Shown piece by piece: positions 9,980 to 18,656 of a stretch of 64,000 nucleotides of DNA. Position 1 is the first letter of the stretch. Every line of letters starts with the position of its first letter. The notes below the pieces were generated by a model that made no database searches, was not told the origin of the DNA, and saw nothing but the letters and a program-made list of their open reading frames with translations. The DNA lies in IMG/VR virus record IMGVR_UViG_3300028805_000081, positions 45,930 through 109,929 of that record. One strand, 5' to 3'. Position numbers and translations under genes: made by a program. This stretch comes from a virus. Taxonomy: Duplodnaviria > Caudoviricetes.

Positions 9980-10008
9980 TTGACAACCTAAAATATTTAT
10001 GCTACAAT
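9980..10008 (+). promoter_or_regulatory. sigma-A promoter of the replication initiator
   Basis: TTGACA-17bp-TACAAT with TG extension; operator copy at 10012-10028. Confidence 0.75.
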
Positions 10009-10108
10009 AAAGCAAACATAGTTCTATAGATGAGCGATAATTCGGCAATCTATAGGACATTAAACCACAATAGATTGTCGCAAGACAGAAAATGAGGGAG
10101 GATCTCAC

Positions 10109-10948
10109 ATGAAATACCAAAAGGAATTTCTGACAGACTTCACGAGGGTTCACAATGAATTTCTTCGTGATAAGACACTTAGTTTACAGGCACGAGGAGT
10201 TTTGATAACTCTGCTTCAGCTGCCGGACTCATGGAATCTCAGTGAAAAGACTATTATGAGCATACTACCTGATGGTCAGAAGAAAGTTTCAACAGCTCTG
10301 AAGGAATGCGAGAAAGCCGGTTATCTCTGCCGGGAGCGTGTTGTTGATGAAAAAGGGAAAGTGGTAGATATGATTTATCATATCAGTGATCAGAAGCTTC
10401 CCAGTAGCGTGCTTGAAAAGTCATTTAGACACGGAGTTAACAAAGTGATTAATGCTGTTAAAAATTTTGTCACTTCAAAACAAAGTTCCTCAAATGAAGA
10501 AAACCCACAATTTAAAAAAGTAAATGTGGTTGACGCAAATACGGGAAACCGGAGTAATATCATAACAGATAATACATGTAATAAAAATGCATGTAACAAT
10601 CAATCAATCAACCCGGATGAGATTGAAACTGAAATAAAACAGAATGTCAGCTATGATTACTTGTGCGATCGTTACGACAAAGAGCGAGTCGATGAGGTAG
10701 TAGGGATTATGACCAGCGTTTTACTCAGCACGGCAGATAAGATCCGCTGCGGAAAGCAGGACATGTGCACATTCAGCGTCCAGAATACTTTTAAGAAGTT
10801 GAATCACATGCACATAGAGTATGTTTTTGAATGTTTTAGTAAGCTAACAACAAAGATCAATAACGTCTATAACTACATGGTCACAGCACTTTACCGATCT
10901 TATTTTACGATGAATCACTACTATGACTCAGAATGCCGGCTGCTTTAA
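10109..10948 (+). CDS. replication initiator-like protein (N-terminal wHTH, C-terminal DUF6017-like)
   Basis: FTRVHNEFLRDKTLSLQARGVL...LKECEKAGYL N-terminus; HIEYVFEC...INNVYNYMVTALY C-terminus. Confidence 0.75.
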   Translation: MKYQKEFLTDFTRVHNEFLRDKTLSLQARGVLITLLQLPDSWNLSEKTIMSILPDGQKKVSTALKECEKAGYLCRERVVDEKGKVVDMIYHISDQKLPSSVLEKSFRHGVNKVINAVKNFVTSKQSSSNEENPQFKKVNVVDANTGNRSNIITDNTCNKNACNNQSINPDEIETEIKQNVSYDYLCDRYDKERVDEVVGIMTSVLLSTADKIRCGKQDMCTFSVQNTFKKLNHMHIEYVFECFSKLTTKINNVYNYMVTALYRSYFTMNHYYDSECRLL

Positions 10949-10952
10949 GATT

Positions 10953-11211
10953 TACGGAAAAATCGTTTCAGTTTCTTGGAAAAATCAATCCTGAAAGTAC
11001 GGAAAAATCGTTTCCATATTTTTGGAAAATCAGTATCTTGACAATTGAATAGGCGTTTTTAAAATTTCCTGAAAATATTTCTGAAAAAATTTAAAAAAAG
11101 GTGTTGACATGGGCGGAGTTCAGTGATATAATAAACTCAATGAAAGAAATGAAGTCCGATAAAACCGGAACTTACGGGAAAAATCATTCGGATTTCTTGG
11201 AAAAATCGTTT
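10953..11211 (+). repeat. cluster of GGAAAAATC direct repeats (putative iterons / origin)
   Basis: About six same-strand copies immediately downstream of the initiator; further copies out to ~15.6 kb. Confidence 0.7.
11104..11132 (+). promoter_or_regulatory. sigma-A promoter
   Basis: TTGACA-17bp-TATAAT with TG extension and upstream A-tract. Confidence 0.85.
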
Positions 11212-11238
11212 AGAAATATTTGACAGATTATTGAAAGG

Positions 11239-11889
11239 ATGTTTACTATGAAACTTAAAAACCATGAAGCAGTACTTGAAGCACTTATTGAACAGATTAA
11301 GGAATTTCAGTGTGATCTTAACAAGTATCAGACAGATGTTTACCTTTACATCAAGGACGGGAACGGAACTGTTGATACTTTTACAAACGTAGGTGGTAAC
11401 AGCTGGCTTGATGATGATCACTTCACAATCTACACCGACAAAGAACACACAACTACAATTATAGACGAGCTTTCTGATGGTGAATCGTTTAACTGGCTTA
11501 TTGATGAGCTTGAAAGTAATTATAATCTTTCAGGAATTAAGGAAAAAGCATATAAGGATATTACAGCTGCGATAGATGACGAGGACTATCTCGATGATAT
11601 AAGTACCTTTGATGATCTTGACTTATATGATGTCGAGATGTACCTTAAAAAGAACTATAGCACTCAGATTGAGGATTATTATAAGAAATATTTTATCCCG
11701 GACTGTTGTATGGATTATATCTCTGAAGCTGCTGACCATGTTTTAGATGAATTTGAAGAAACACACAGCTATGTAGTTCTTGATGATGACCGTGAATTTG
11801 TTTCAAAACACGATGACTATGACGATGCTGTAAAGGCTGCTGAAGATCTTGGAAACAATGCAATAGTCACTGTATGGCTTGATGACTGA
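11239..11889 (+). CDS. highly acidic hypothetical protein (paralog of 15625-16314)
   Basis: Shared YQTDVY / NVGGNSW..DDH / WLIDELES motifs. Confidence 0.85.
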   Translation: MFTMKLKNHEAVLEALIEQIKEFQCDLNKYQTDVYLYIKDGNGTVDTFTNVGGNSWLDDDHFTIYTDKEHTTTIIDELSDGESFNWLIDELESNYNLSGIKEKAYKDITAAIDDEDYLDDISTFDDLDLYDVEMYLKKNYSTQIEDYYKKYFIPDCCMDYISEAADHVLDEFEETHSYVVLDDDREFVSKHDDYDDAVKAAEDLGNNAIVTVWLDD

Positions 11890-11991
11890 TTTTTTTTAAA
11901 TCCAGTATAAACAAAATCTATAGATATATCATTAAGATTTGCCAGTCGGTTGATAACGGTGTATTTATGGAAAAATCAAGGAGAAATAATC

Positions 11992-12330
11992 ATGAATAAG
12001 AAGTTTGATTTACTGCCGCCTGATGTTCAGGATGAAGTCAAAACCGCTTTAAAGGCATATAACAAGGCTTATGTGATATACGAATACGGAAAATATAACG
12101 TGTCTGTCGGCATAGCTATCAAGAATCATTATGCAGACGATCATGAGTTCATTGGAACATATTATGCCGATGATGTTTTCAGTCCGGAAGAACGCATTAT
12201 AAACTATGTCGAGTCGTTTCACTCATATCCGGGTGAGTACAAAGGCAAGCGTGATTACAATCTGATTAACAGTCTGTCTTGGAATGATCATGTGATGTTT
12301 GATGCTGCCGGGAATATAGTAAAGGTTTGA
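11992..12330 (+). CDS. hypothetical protein
   Basis: AAGGAG RBS supports the ATG at 11992. Confidence 0.8.
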   Translation: MNKKFDLLPPDVQDEVKTALKAYNKAYVIYEYGKYNVSVGIAIKNHYADDHEFIGTYYADDVFSPEERIINYVESFHSYPGEYKGKRDYNLINSLSWNDHVMFDAAGNIVKV

Positions 12331-12358
12331 TTATTATGGAAAAATCGTAGGTGATTAT

Positions 12359-12664
12359 ATGAACTTAGATGATGTTAAGAACCTTATAAACATTCAGAAA
12401 ACTATCTTTATGAGAAGGCTGCTTGTTGATGATGAGGACTTCAATGAAAGATTTAAGGCTTATTGCATTGGAGTGTTTGAAACATTCCAGCTTTACAAAG
12501 GTATTTATCCGCCTAAAGATCTTTTGTCTAAGCATACAGATTCTGAAGTAAATGAATTAGACACATTTATATTCAAGCGTTGTGTAGAACTTTCAAGAGA
12601 ACATACGCATAAAGAAGTATCAAACAGAATTTTTCAGAATATTGAAAAGGAGTTACAACCATGA
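12359..12664 (+). CDS. hypothetical protein
   Basis: AGGTG RBS. Confidence 0.75.
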   Translation: MNLDDVKNLINIQKTIFMRRLLVDDEDFNERFKAYCIGVFETFQLYKGIYPPKDLLSKHTDSEVNELDTFIFKRCVELSREHTHKEVSNRIFQNIEKELQP

Positions 12665-13239
12665 CATATGATTCAATCCGGGACAAGATCGTTTTAATCC
12701 CACGTAAAGTTGACATTAACAGTGTAGAAGTTATCGGAGATTATCTGTGGGATCAGCCGATAAAAAATGCAGACTTTGTTTTCCTGTACGGTTATATTGA
12801 TACCGAAGGTGAGATCCAGCCGATAGAAAAAGATCAGGTAAAACAGTGGGGATGCCAGCCTACATATGAGTATGCTTTAAAAAACACGGAAAAATTGTTC
12901 CCGTCTAAGTATTTTGCTGAGTTAGACAGGGAAATCAAGATAGAAAACTGTCATTCAGATATTGTAGCTGTGTCAAATTCTAAAAGCAGACTCGGAGCTG
13001 TGTCTATCTTTTATCCGGGAAATGCTGATAAGGTTGCTAAGAATTTTGGCGGTGACTTCTATTTCTGTTTCATATCCTTGGATGACTGTATGTGTCATAA
13101 GATTGGGACGATTGAACCGGAGAAGATTAAAGAGTTTGTTACGACTACAAACAGCATATATAATGATAGTTACGGACTCAGCAATAAGGTTTACAAGTAC
13201 AATTTCTTGGAAAAATCATTTGAAATGATTGATATTTAA
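12661..13239 (+). CDS. DUF5688-like protein (short paralog of 3980-5017)
   Basis: ALKNT / GDFYFCFIS / HKIGTIEPE / LSNKVY match the C-terminal half of 3980-5017. Confidence 0.75.
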   Translation: MTYDSIRDKIVLIPRKVDINSVEVIGDYLWDQPIKNADFVFLYGYIDTEGEIQPIEKDQVKQWGCQPTYEYALKNTEKLFPSKYFAELDREIKIENCHSDIVAVSNSKSRLGAVSIFYPGNADKVAKNFGGDFYFCFISLDDCMCHKIGTIEPEKIKEFVTTTNSIYNDSYGLSNKVYKYNFLEKSFEMIDI

Positions 13240-13435
13240 TAGTGATTGTATACAATTATGATATAGGTGATTTAGTTATAATATACAAATATTAAATATT
13301 AAAGTTCTAAAATAACATTAACACTTTAAAATATATCAAAAATCGTGTATAATAAAGAATAGAGGGTTTGAAATGAACGCTGCTACAAATACATATGTAT
13401 GTAAGTATACTAAAAAAAGGGGAAAATTTAGAACA

Positions 13436-13999
13436 ATGATAATAAACCAGTATTATCTTGGCTTGATGTGGTGTATAGGCAGCTTGGCAAAAGACAAGTC
13501 GATATATGTACTTCAGAGTTTCGAGCCGGATAAGATTTATTACATGAACCAGCTTAGGAACATCACATTGGCTGATGTGAATACTCGCACACGTAAATAC
13601 CGGGGCGATGACAGAGAAATCAAGATCCTTCGCTTCACAGATGGTGTATATGCCGAACGTCTGAGAGAGTTAGGGTATGATGATCCTGATGTCGAATATC
13701 CGGATGTTAAAAACATTGAATTTATCTGTGCTGTACTGGAGTGCAGAATTAAAGTCGCTAATACTAACAGCAAGACCATACTGTTTAACGCAAGTGTCGC
13801 AAATGTAGAACAGTGGAACAGGCTTGTCGGTACATATCTGACAGCTTCTAAGCCACCTGTCGTACATTACAGGGACAGAGATGATTATAGGATTTGCTAC
13901 ACAAGAGAAGAAATGTATGCATGTGCAAAAATCATGGTTCTTCAGGAGTGTAGTAATAAGGATTTTTGGAATGGAATTATAGAACTTTGTGAAAAATAA
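13436..13999 (+). CDS. degenerate LAGLIDADG-like protein, paralog 1
   Basis: YYLGLMWCIGS helix and LRELG; clearly similar to the next gene. Confidence 0.6.
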   Translation: MIINQYYLGLMWCIGSLAKDKSIYVLQSFEPDKIYYMNQLRNITLADVNTRTRKYRGDDREIKILRFTDGVYAERLRELGYDDPDVEYPDVKNIEFICAVLECRIKVANTNSKTILFNASVANVEQWNRLVGTYLTASKPPVVHYRDRDDYRICYTREEMYACAKIMVLQECSNKDFWNGIIELCEK

Positions 14000-14028
14000 G
14001 TTCTGAATCAATGAGGGTACAAGGAAAG

Positions 14029-14589
14029 ATGGAAATAATTAATGACTATAAACTTGGCATTATGTGGGCAACAGGTACACTTGCCAAAGGGACTGATCGT
14101 TATGTGTTACAAACGAGCAATAAAGATAAACTATACTTTTTGGAAAAATTATCTGAGATTAACCAATCCGAAATAGTAGAAAAAGAACGCATCGTCCGAG
14201 GTCAAAAACAACCTTTATGGATGGTGCGTTTTTCTGACGGTTTATATTCTGCCCGGCTGAGAGAGCTGGGATATGATGATCCGAATATTGAATATCCTGA
14301 TTATAAAAATCAAGACTTTGTAGCAGCGATACTTGAATTGAAGCTTAATCCGATTGTTACTCGCAATAACAACCTTTACTTCCGGGTACACTGTACAAAG
14401 CCTGATCAATGGATGCACTTCACAAAGAGATACTTGCCTGAGAAACCGATAAATCTTTGTTTGGAAAACACTTATAGAATTACATATACTCGCTCCGAGA
14501 TCTATATTCTTGCTACAATTATGCATAACATAAGCAAGAATAAAAAGCTGTGGAGTTCATACATTACCATGTGCAACCCATACAAATAG
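14029..14589 (+). CDS. degenerate LAGLIDADG-like protein, paralog 2
   Basis: YKLGIMWATGT helix; RLRELGYDDP shared with the previous gene. Confidence 0.6.
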   Translation: MEIINDYKLGIMWATGTLAKGTDRYVLQTSNKDKLYFLEKLSEINQSEIVEKERIVRGQKQPLWMVRFSDGLYSARLRELGYDDPNIEYPDYKNQDFVAAILELKLNPIVTRNNNLYFRVHCTKPDQWMHFTKRYLPEKPINLCLENTYRITYTRSEIYILATIMHNISKNKKLWSSYITMCNPYK

Positions 14590-14627
14590 TTTATCATAAA
14601 TTTGTATGCAAGTCAAGTCCTAAACCG

Positions 14628-14656
14628 TTGACATTGGTAACTGATAAGAGTATAAT
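14628..14656 (+). promoter_or_regulatory. sigma-A promoter
   Basis: TTGACA-17bp-TATAAT. Confidence 0.85.
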
Positions 14657-14703
14657 AATATCATGGGTAACAATTTCGTCAACACTTTGAGGAGGATTTG
14701 ACT

Positions 14704-15555
14704 ATGAATACAAATGTTTTAACTGCTGCAAATTATTATGATGTATCGAATCTGAATGAACCTACGATAAAGGTTATCAGTAGAAATCCGCATATCAAGA
14801 AGTTTCAGGCTCATACGTCAGAAATCCAGTCACGTTCTGCTGATGCCGTTCGTGATCGTGAAATCATTAACAAGGCAGTAGAGGACTTCATGATGAATAA
14901 GGCTTATTATAAGGCACTTTACATCATCATGTCATCAAACTGCGGTCTGAGATATTCAGATCTTGTAACGTTGCGAGTATGTGATGTTCTACTTCCTAAT
15001 GGAGAAATCACTGATGGTTTCTGTTTGGAAGAATCAAAAACAAGTGCGCTTCGTTCGGTTTACTTCAATAAAGCAATGAAGTCCGTTCTGAAGTTTATTA
15101 TAAATTTTAAAGATCTTTCAGCCGAGTCATATCTTTTCCTCACCGATGGCAACAGAAAATCCTACTTCAAAGAGTGGGTTTACGATGACGATGGAAATAT
15201 TGTTGATGTTGTCAAGACCGGGGAAAAGTATGATGCAAATGGCAAGGAAAGGCAGTATGCTCCGGTTTCATGCAAACAGGCTTCACGCTGGTGGTCAGAG
15301 TTACATGATTTTGGTGCAGACGGCAAGCTTTCCTCTCATAGTGCGAGGAACACATTCAGGTACTTCATCAGTACCAGCGGTGTGTCTGACGAAGGTGACA
15401 TTGCGTTAGCTTCACAGTGTATGGCTCACTCATCTGTGGCTATTACTGCAAAGCATTACGCTAATATCACTGAGTCTATGAAGAAAAGAGCTGCCGATAC
15501 TTTAAATCTCGGTCTTGAGGCACTTGAAAGATCGTTAAGTAGTATGTTAATTTAA
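14704..15555 (+). CDS. tyrosine recombinase (catalytic domain only)
   Basis: GLRYSDL, HSAR and MAHSS...KHY give the R-H-R-H-Y residues. Confidence 0.85.
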   Translation: MNTNVLTAANYYDVSNLNEPTIKVISRNPHIKKFQAHTSEIQSRSADAVRDREIINKAVEDFMMNKAYYKALYIIMSSNCGLRYSDLVTLRVCDVLLPNGEITDGFCLEESKTSALRSVYFNKAMKSVLKFIINFKDLSAESYLFLTDGNRKSYFKEWVYDDDGNIVDVVKTGEKYDANGKERQYAPVSCKQASRWWSELHDFGADGKLSSHSARNTFRYFISTSGVSDEGDIALASQCMAHSSVAITAKHYANITESMKKRAADTLNLGLEALERSLSSMLI

Positions 15556-15624
15556 GAAAGGGTGGTCGGAAAAATCATTTATTAAGGGTGAATTGTTGAT
15601 GTACAGTAAAAAAGTTCTACAATT

Positions 15625-16314
15625 TTGTTGATAAAGGGAGTGTTACGGTTGATAATTAGGAATTTTGCTGAAGTAAAGAAACACCTCGCAGATATTATCG
15701 TTGGTTTTGAACGTCAGCTTAACGACTATCAGACTGACGTGTACGGTTATCTTAATGATGACGGTACGATCAGACTTGAAACGTTCATTAATGTTGGCGG
15801 TAACTCTTGGAAAAATGATGATCATATCTTGGTGTATTCAGATTATGAACACACTGATGACATGATGTCTAATCTTTCCAATGGTTGTGACGGGGGCAGC
15901 TGGACTTGGCTTATTGATGAGCTGGAGTCCCTTTACAACAAATCAGGAATTGCAGACGAGATAATTAATGCATACAGAAACACCTCTGATTACTCCGGGG
16001 ATAGTGTCGTTTGTATTGAAGATCTTGACGTAACTGATGTAGAACGCTATTTGGTTGAACATTTTCTGCCTGAGATAACTGATTATTATCAGAATGTCTT
16101 TGTGCAGAAAAATGTTATTATCGTCGATATTGTTGACGATGCTTTAAAGGAGATCGAGAAGAACTTTTGTTATGTTGTTCTTCGGGGGAAGAAACTTGTC
16201 GGTGATGCGGAAAATTATGATAACGCATGTAAACTGGCAGAAGAATTTCCGGGCAGTACAATAGCTGTTTGGAAAAATATAGCGATTATGTCAGCGAGGG
16301 TTGCAGCCATGTAG
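15625..16314 (+). CDS. acidic hypothetical protein (paralog of 11239-11889)
   Basis: Shared motifs; start uncertain. Confidence 0.8.
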   Translation: MLIKGVLRLIIRNFAEVKKHLADIIVGFERQLNDYQTDVYGYLNDDGTIRLETFINVGGNSWKNDDHILVYSDYEHTDDMMSNLSNGCDGGSWTWLIDELESLYNKSGIADEIINAYRNTSDYSGDSVVCIEDLDVTDVERYLVEHFLPEITDYYQNVFVQKNVIIVDIVDDALKEIEKNFCYVVLRGKKLVGDAENYDNACKLAEEFPGSTIAVWKNIAIMSARVAAM

Positions 16315-16349
16315 CTCTTGCTTTTAAGGAAGAAAGGGGAAAAAATTAA

Positions 16350-16556
16350 ATGAAAAATTTTGAAGAAGTCATCGAAGTAGCTGAAGCCATAGGCGTCCAG
16401 GAAGTAATTAATGAATTTGTGAGTCGTGGGGTTATCAAGGTAGATCCGGACTCAGACGATGACGAAATTTTCCAGTGTTTAATCGCTGAACATTGGGATG
16501 AATTAGAGGAGTATACAAATTCCATTAGAAAAACTGTTACTACTCTACGTGATTAG
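16350..16556 (+). CDS. small acidic hypothetical protein
   Basis: AAAGGGG RBS. Confidence 0.75.
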   Translation: MKNFEEVIEVAEAIGVQEVINEFVSRGVIKVDPDSDDDEIFQCLIAEHWDELEEYTNSIRKTVTTLRD

Positions 16557-16608
16557 GCGATTAGGAAGTCAAATCCTTGACGTTTTAAACAAAAATGAAG
16601 AAAACCTA

Positions 16609-16637
16609 TTGCAAAATAGACTGAGTTATATTATAAT
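16609..16637 (+). promoter_or_regulatory. sigma-A promoter with a downstream operator copy (16651-16667)
   Basis: TTGCAA-17bp-TATAAT. Confidence 0.7.
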
Positions 16638-16722
16638 TAAGATAGTTATAGTGAACATAGTTCTATGAAGCAATAGGAAAACTTCATGTGAACTTTTAAA
16701 CCACTATGAGAGGAGTTAAATT

Positions 16723-17757
16723 ATGAAAAGTAAGTTATTTGACAAAGCTTTTGATACGTATGTCTTAACACTCTCTGCGGTTAATCAAAAACGTATACCA
16801 AGATTACGGAAAAGCGTTGAGATGTTTGAGAGTCAAGGATATGATCTTTCTAAAATGACAAGATCGGAAGCAAAAGAATTATCCAGCATAATATGTGACG
16901 GACTGTCTTATACGTCTGCGGTTTCATATTGTGCAGTTCTTAACCGATTTCTTAAAGACGTAGAGGATCAAACAGGCAAACAATACGAAAAGGTTTATGC
17001 AACGAGAAGTGTAGTAAACTGTCCAACATATGCTTCAGAAGATCAATTTCTTGATGAAGTTGAAAATCAAATTGAAGCATTTACATCTGAGATGCAACGT
17101 GACAGAAATTTGAATGAGGAATTTACTCAGGAATACAGAAATGGTTTGAATTACATCGCTGTGTATTTAATTCTTAGATTTTATGGAATTACAGCTGATG
17201 AATGTGTGAACATTAAAATGGAAGATGTATCTGAAGAAAATCAAATCATTATTCTAAACAGAAACGGTAGACCGGTACTAAAGAAGTTTAATGATCGAGC
17301 GTGGAAACACATTTTAGATCTGAAAAATCAAACTTATGTAGTACATTTTTGGGCGCACATTATTAGAAATCCGCTGCCGAATACAGGTTATCTATTTAGG
17401 AATAATCGAGCAAAGAATAAAGCGGATTACAATGAGAAAAAGCCTATCAGTAAGATTCTGCTATCGTCTGCACAATACCGATTAACTAAAGGAAGTAATA
17501 TAAAAAAGAATTTATCTTTATCAGGAGCTTTTATTTCGTTCCCGAAAAGAATTAGTGATGCTAATGACTTATTAGACTATGTACATGATTATATCGGAGA
17601 TGAACCAATATCTGATGCATCTATTAAAAAGAACTGGTTGTTGTTTTTGGATTATGAAAACGAAATGATTAAGCAAGCCGAAGCGAAGAAAACGGCTCAG
17701 ACTAAGAAGAAGCCGGGAAGAAAGAGAGCTGGTAATGCAATAGCAACTACTAATTAA
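16723..17757 (+). CDS. tyrosine-recombinase-fold protein lacking catalytic residues; putative repressor
   Basis: SAM-like N-terminus; LRFYGITADECVNIKMEDV matches box I without the catalytic Arg; no HxxR. Confidence 0.6.
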   Translation: MKSKLFDKAFDTYVLTLSAVNQKRIPRLRKSVEMFESQGYDLSKMTRSEAKELSSIICDGLSYTSAVSYCAVLNRFLKDVEDQTGKQYEKVYATRSVVNCPTYASEDQFLDEVENQIEAFTSEMQRDRNLNEEFTQEYRNGLNYIAVYLILRFYGITADECVNIKMEDVSEENQIIILNRNGRPVLKKFNDRAWKHILDLKNQTYVVHFWAHIIRNPLPNTGYLFRNNRAKNKADYNEKKPISKILLSSAQYRLTKGSNIKKNLSLSGAFISFPKRISDANDLLDYVHDYIGDEPISDASIKKNWLLFLDYENEMIKQAEAKKTAQTKKKPGRKRAGNAIATTN

Positions 17758-18033
17758 TATTTAAAAATATAATTAAAGTGTTTTAAAAGAATTACAAAGG
17801 ATGTTTTAAAATTTATAAAAGAATTTAATTAAAAAGTAAGTATATCAAAATGTATAGTAAGAGGGTATTATAATGAAAAATGAACGATTAACAAACAAGC
17901 TGCTTTTAATGCAATGTAATAGGGATATAATGTGGAAAATAGGGTGAAGTGTACTTCTGTATACGGATAATTTTGAAAACAATCCGGGATGATTCCCGTT
18001 AGCGAATATCTTTTATATAAAAAAATGAAGATC

Positions 18034-18069
18034 TGACCAGTGATTTTAGATTGCTGGTCATTTCTATTT
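18034..18069 (+). terminator. intrinsic terminator
   Basis: TGACCAG...CTGGTCA stem followed by a T-rich tail. Confidence 0.75.
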
Positions 18070-18111
18070 AAAATTAAGTGCTAAAAGTTCTATAATTTTT
18101 ATAGAAAGGTA

Positions 18112-18140
18112 TTGACAATCAGTTGGAACTGTGCTATACT
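18112..18140 (+). promoter_or_regulatory. sigma-A promoter of the ncRNA/tRNA locus
   Basis: TTGACA-17bp-TATACT with TG extension; operator copy at 18078-18094. Confidence 0.85.
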
Positions 18141-18146
18141 ATTATC

Positions 18147-18290
18147 AGTGGCAGAGAGATATGAGTTCTTGACAAGCCATTAAACCTCCATTTTACATAC
18201 GCAGATTAATATCTGCGACTTTCATATTCTTACCTCTTTTGTGTGTCGGGTTTTTACATGCGTGCGGTAAGATAGTTTTCCCGGCACACA
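18147..18290 (+). ncRNA. putative antisense sRNA 1 (two anti-SD/anti-AUG segments between hairpins)
   Basis: GCCAT-TAAA-CCTCC and CTTTCATATTCTTACCTC single strands flanked by stems such as CGCAGAT/ATCTGCG and TGTGTCGGG/CCCGGCACA. Confidence 0.6.
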
Positions 18291-18296
18291 ATATAC

Positions 18297-18368
18297 TGCG
18301 GTATCGTCTAATTGGTAGGACAAAAGAATTTGGATCTTTTAGTTAGGGTTCGAGTCCCTATGCTGCAA
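18297..18368 (+). tRNA. tRNA-Gln(TTG)
   Basis: Full cloverleaf; anticodon loop ATTTGGA; TTCGAGT T-loop; no encoded CCA. Confidence 0.85.
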
Positions 18369-18369
18369 T

Positions 18370-18465
18370 TCATGAGTTACAGTTTTTCATACAATCTCTA
18401 TCATCCCTAAAAAGCTACTGTGACTCATGACTGTTTTAATTTATTTCTTTCTTTTTGTAGACCTC
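18370..18465 (+). ncRNA. putative antisense sRNA 2 (long hairpin plus U-rich tail)
   Basis: TCATGAGTTACAG / CTGTGACTCATGA stem with an anti-RBS loop. Confidence 0.55.
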
Positions 18466-18466
18466 A

Positions 18467-18500
18467 TGTGTTGCTCCGGTTCGACTCCGGAGTGATGCAA
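18467..18500 (+). ncRNA. tRNA minihelix (acceptor stem + T-arm only)
   Basis: TGTGTTGC-TCCGG-TTCGACT-CCGGA-GTGATGCA continuous stem capped by a TPsiC-type loop. Confidence 0.7.
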
Positions 18501-18595
18501 TCATTACCTAATACCTGTTATTCATGGTAAACTCCTATTCAAATTAATCATGGGATTATGGACAGATCCCAGCATATTGTAGTATGTCAAAGTCC
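18501..18595 (+). ncRNA. putative antisense sRNA 3 (two tandem antisense domains, two 3' hairpins)
   Basis: TCATTACCTAATACCT and ACCTGTTATTCATGGTAAACTCCT match the initiation regions of genes starting at 8251 and 3041. Confidence 0.6.
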
Positions 18596-18596
18596 G

Positions 18597-18656
18597 TTGA
18601 AGTTATGGTACTGGCGTGCGGTTCGTCAGATTCGGTTCGACTCCGGATGCTTCAAT
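18597..18656 (+). ncRNA. D-arm-less tRNA-like element
   Basis: TTGAAGT/GCTTCAA acceptor stem; CTGGCG/CGTCAG arm; TTCGG-TTCGACT-CCGGA T-arm; no D-arm. Confidence 0.7.

Noticed and set aside
9403-10153. Overlapping ORFs in the GC-rich island
   Set aside because: Open in several frames because stops are scarce; no RBS; lie between divergent promoters
16651-16667. LexA/Cheo SOS box
   Set aside because: The spacing is GAAC-N3-GTTC rather than N4, and the consensus is asymmetric, so it is treated as a phage-specific operator
18145-18540. Minus-strand micro-ORFs with SD+ATG (MACQELISLCH, MKVADINLRM, MKNCNS, MNNRY)
   Set aside because: Only 5-11 codons, antisense to tRNAs, and no minus-strand promoter seen; better explained as + strand antisense guides, though not formally excluded
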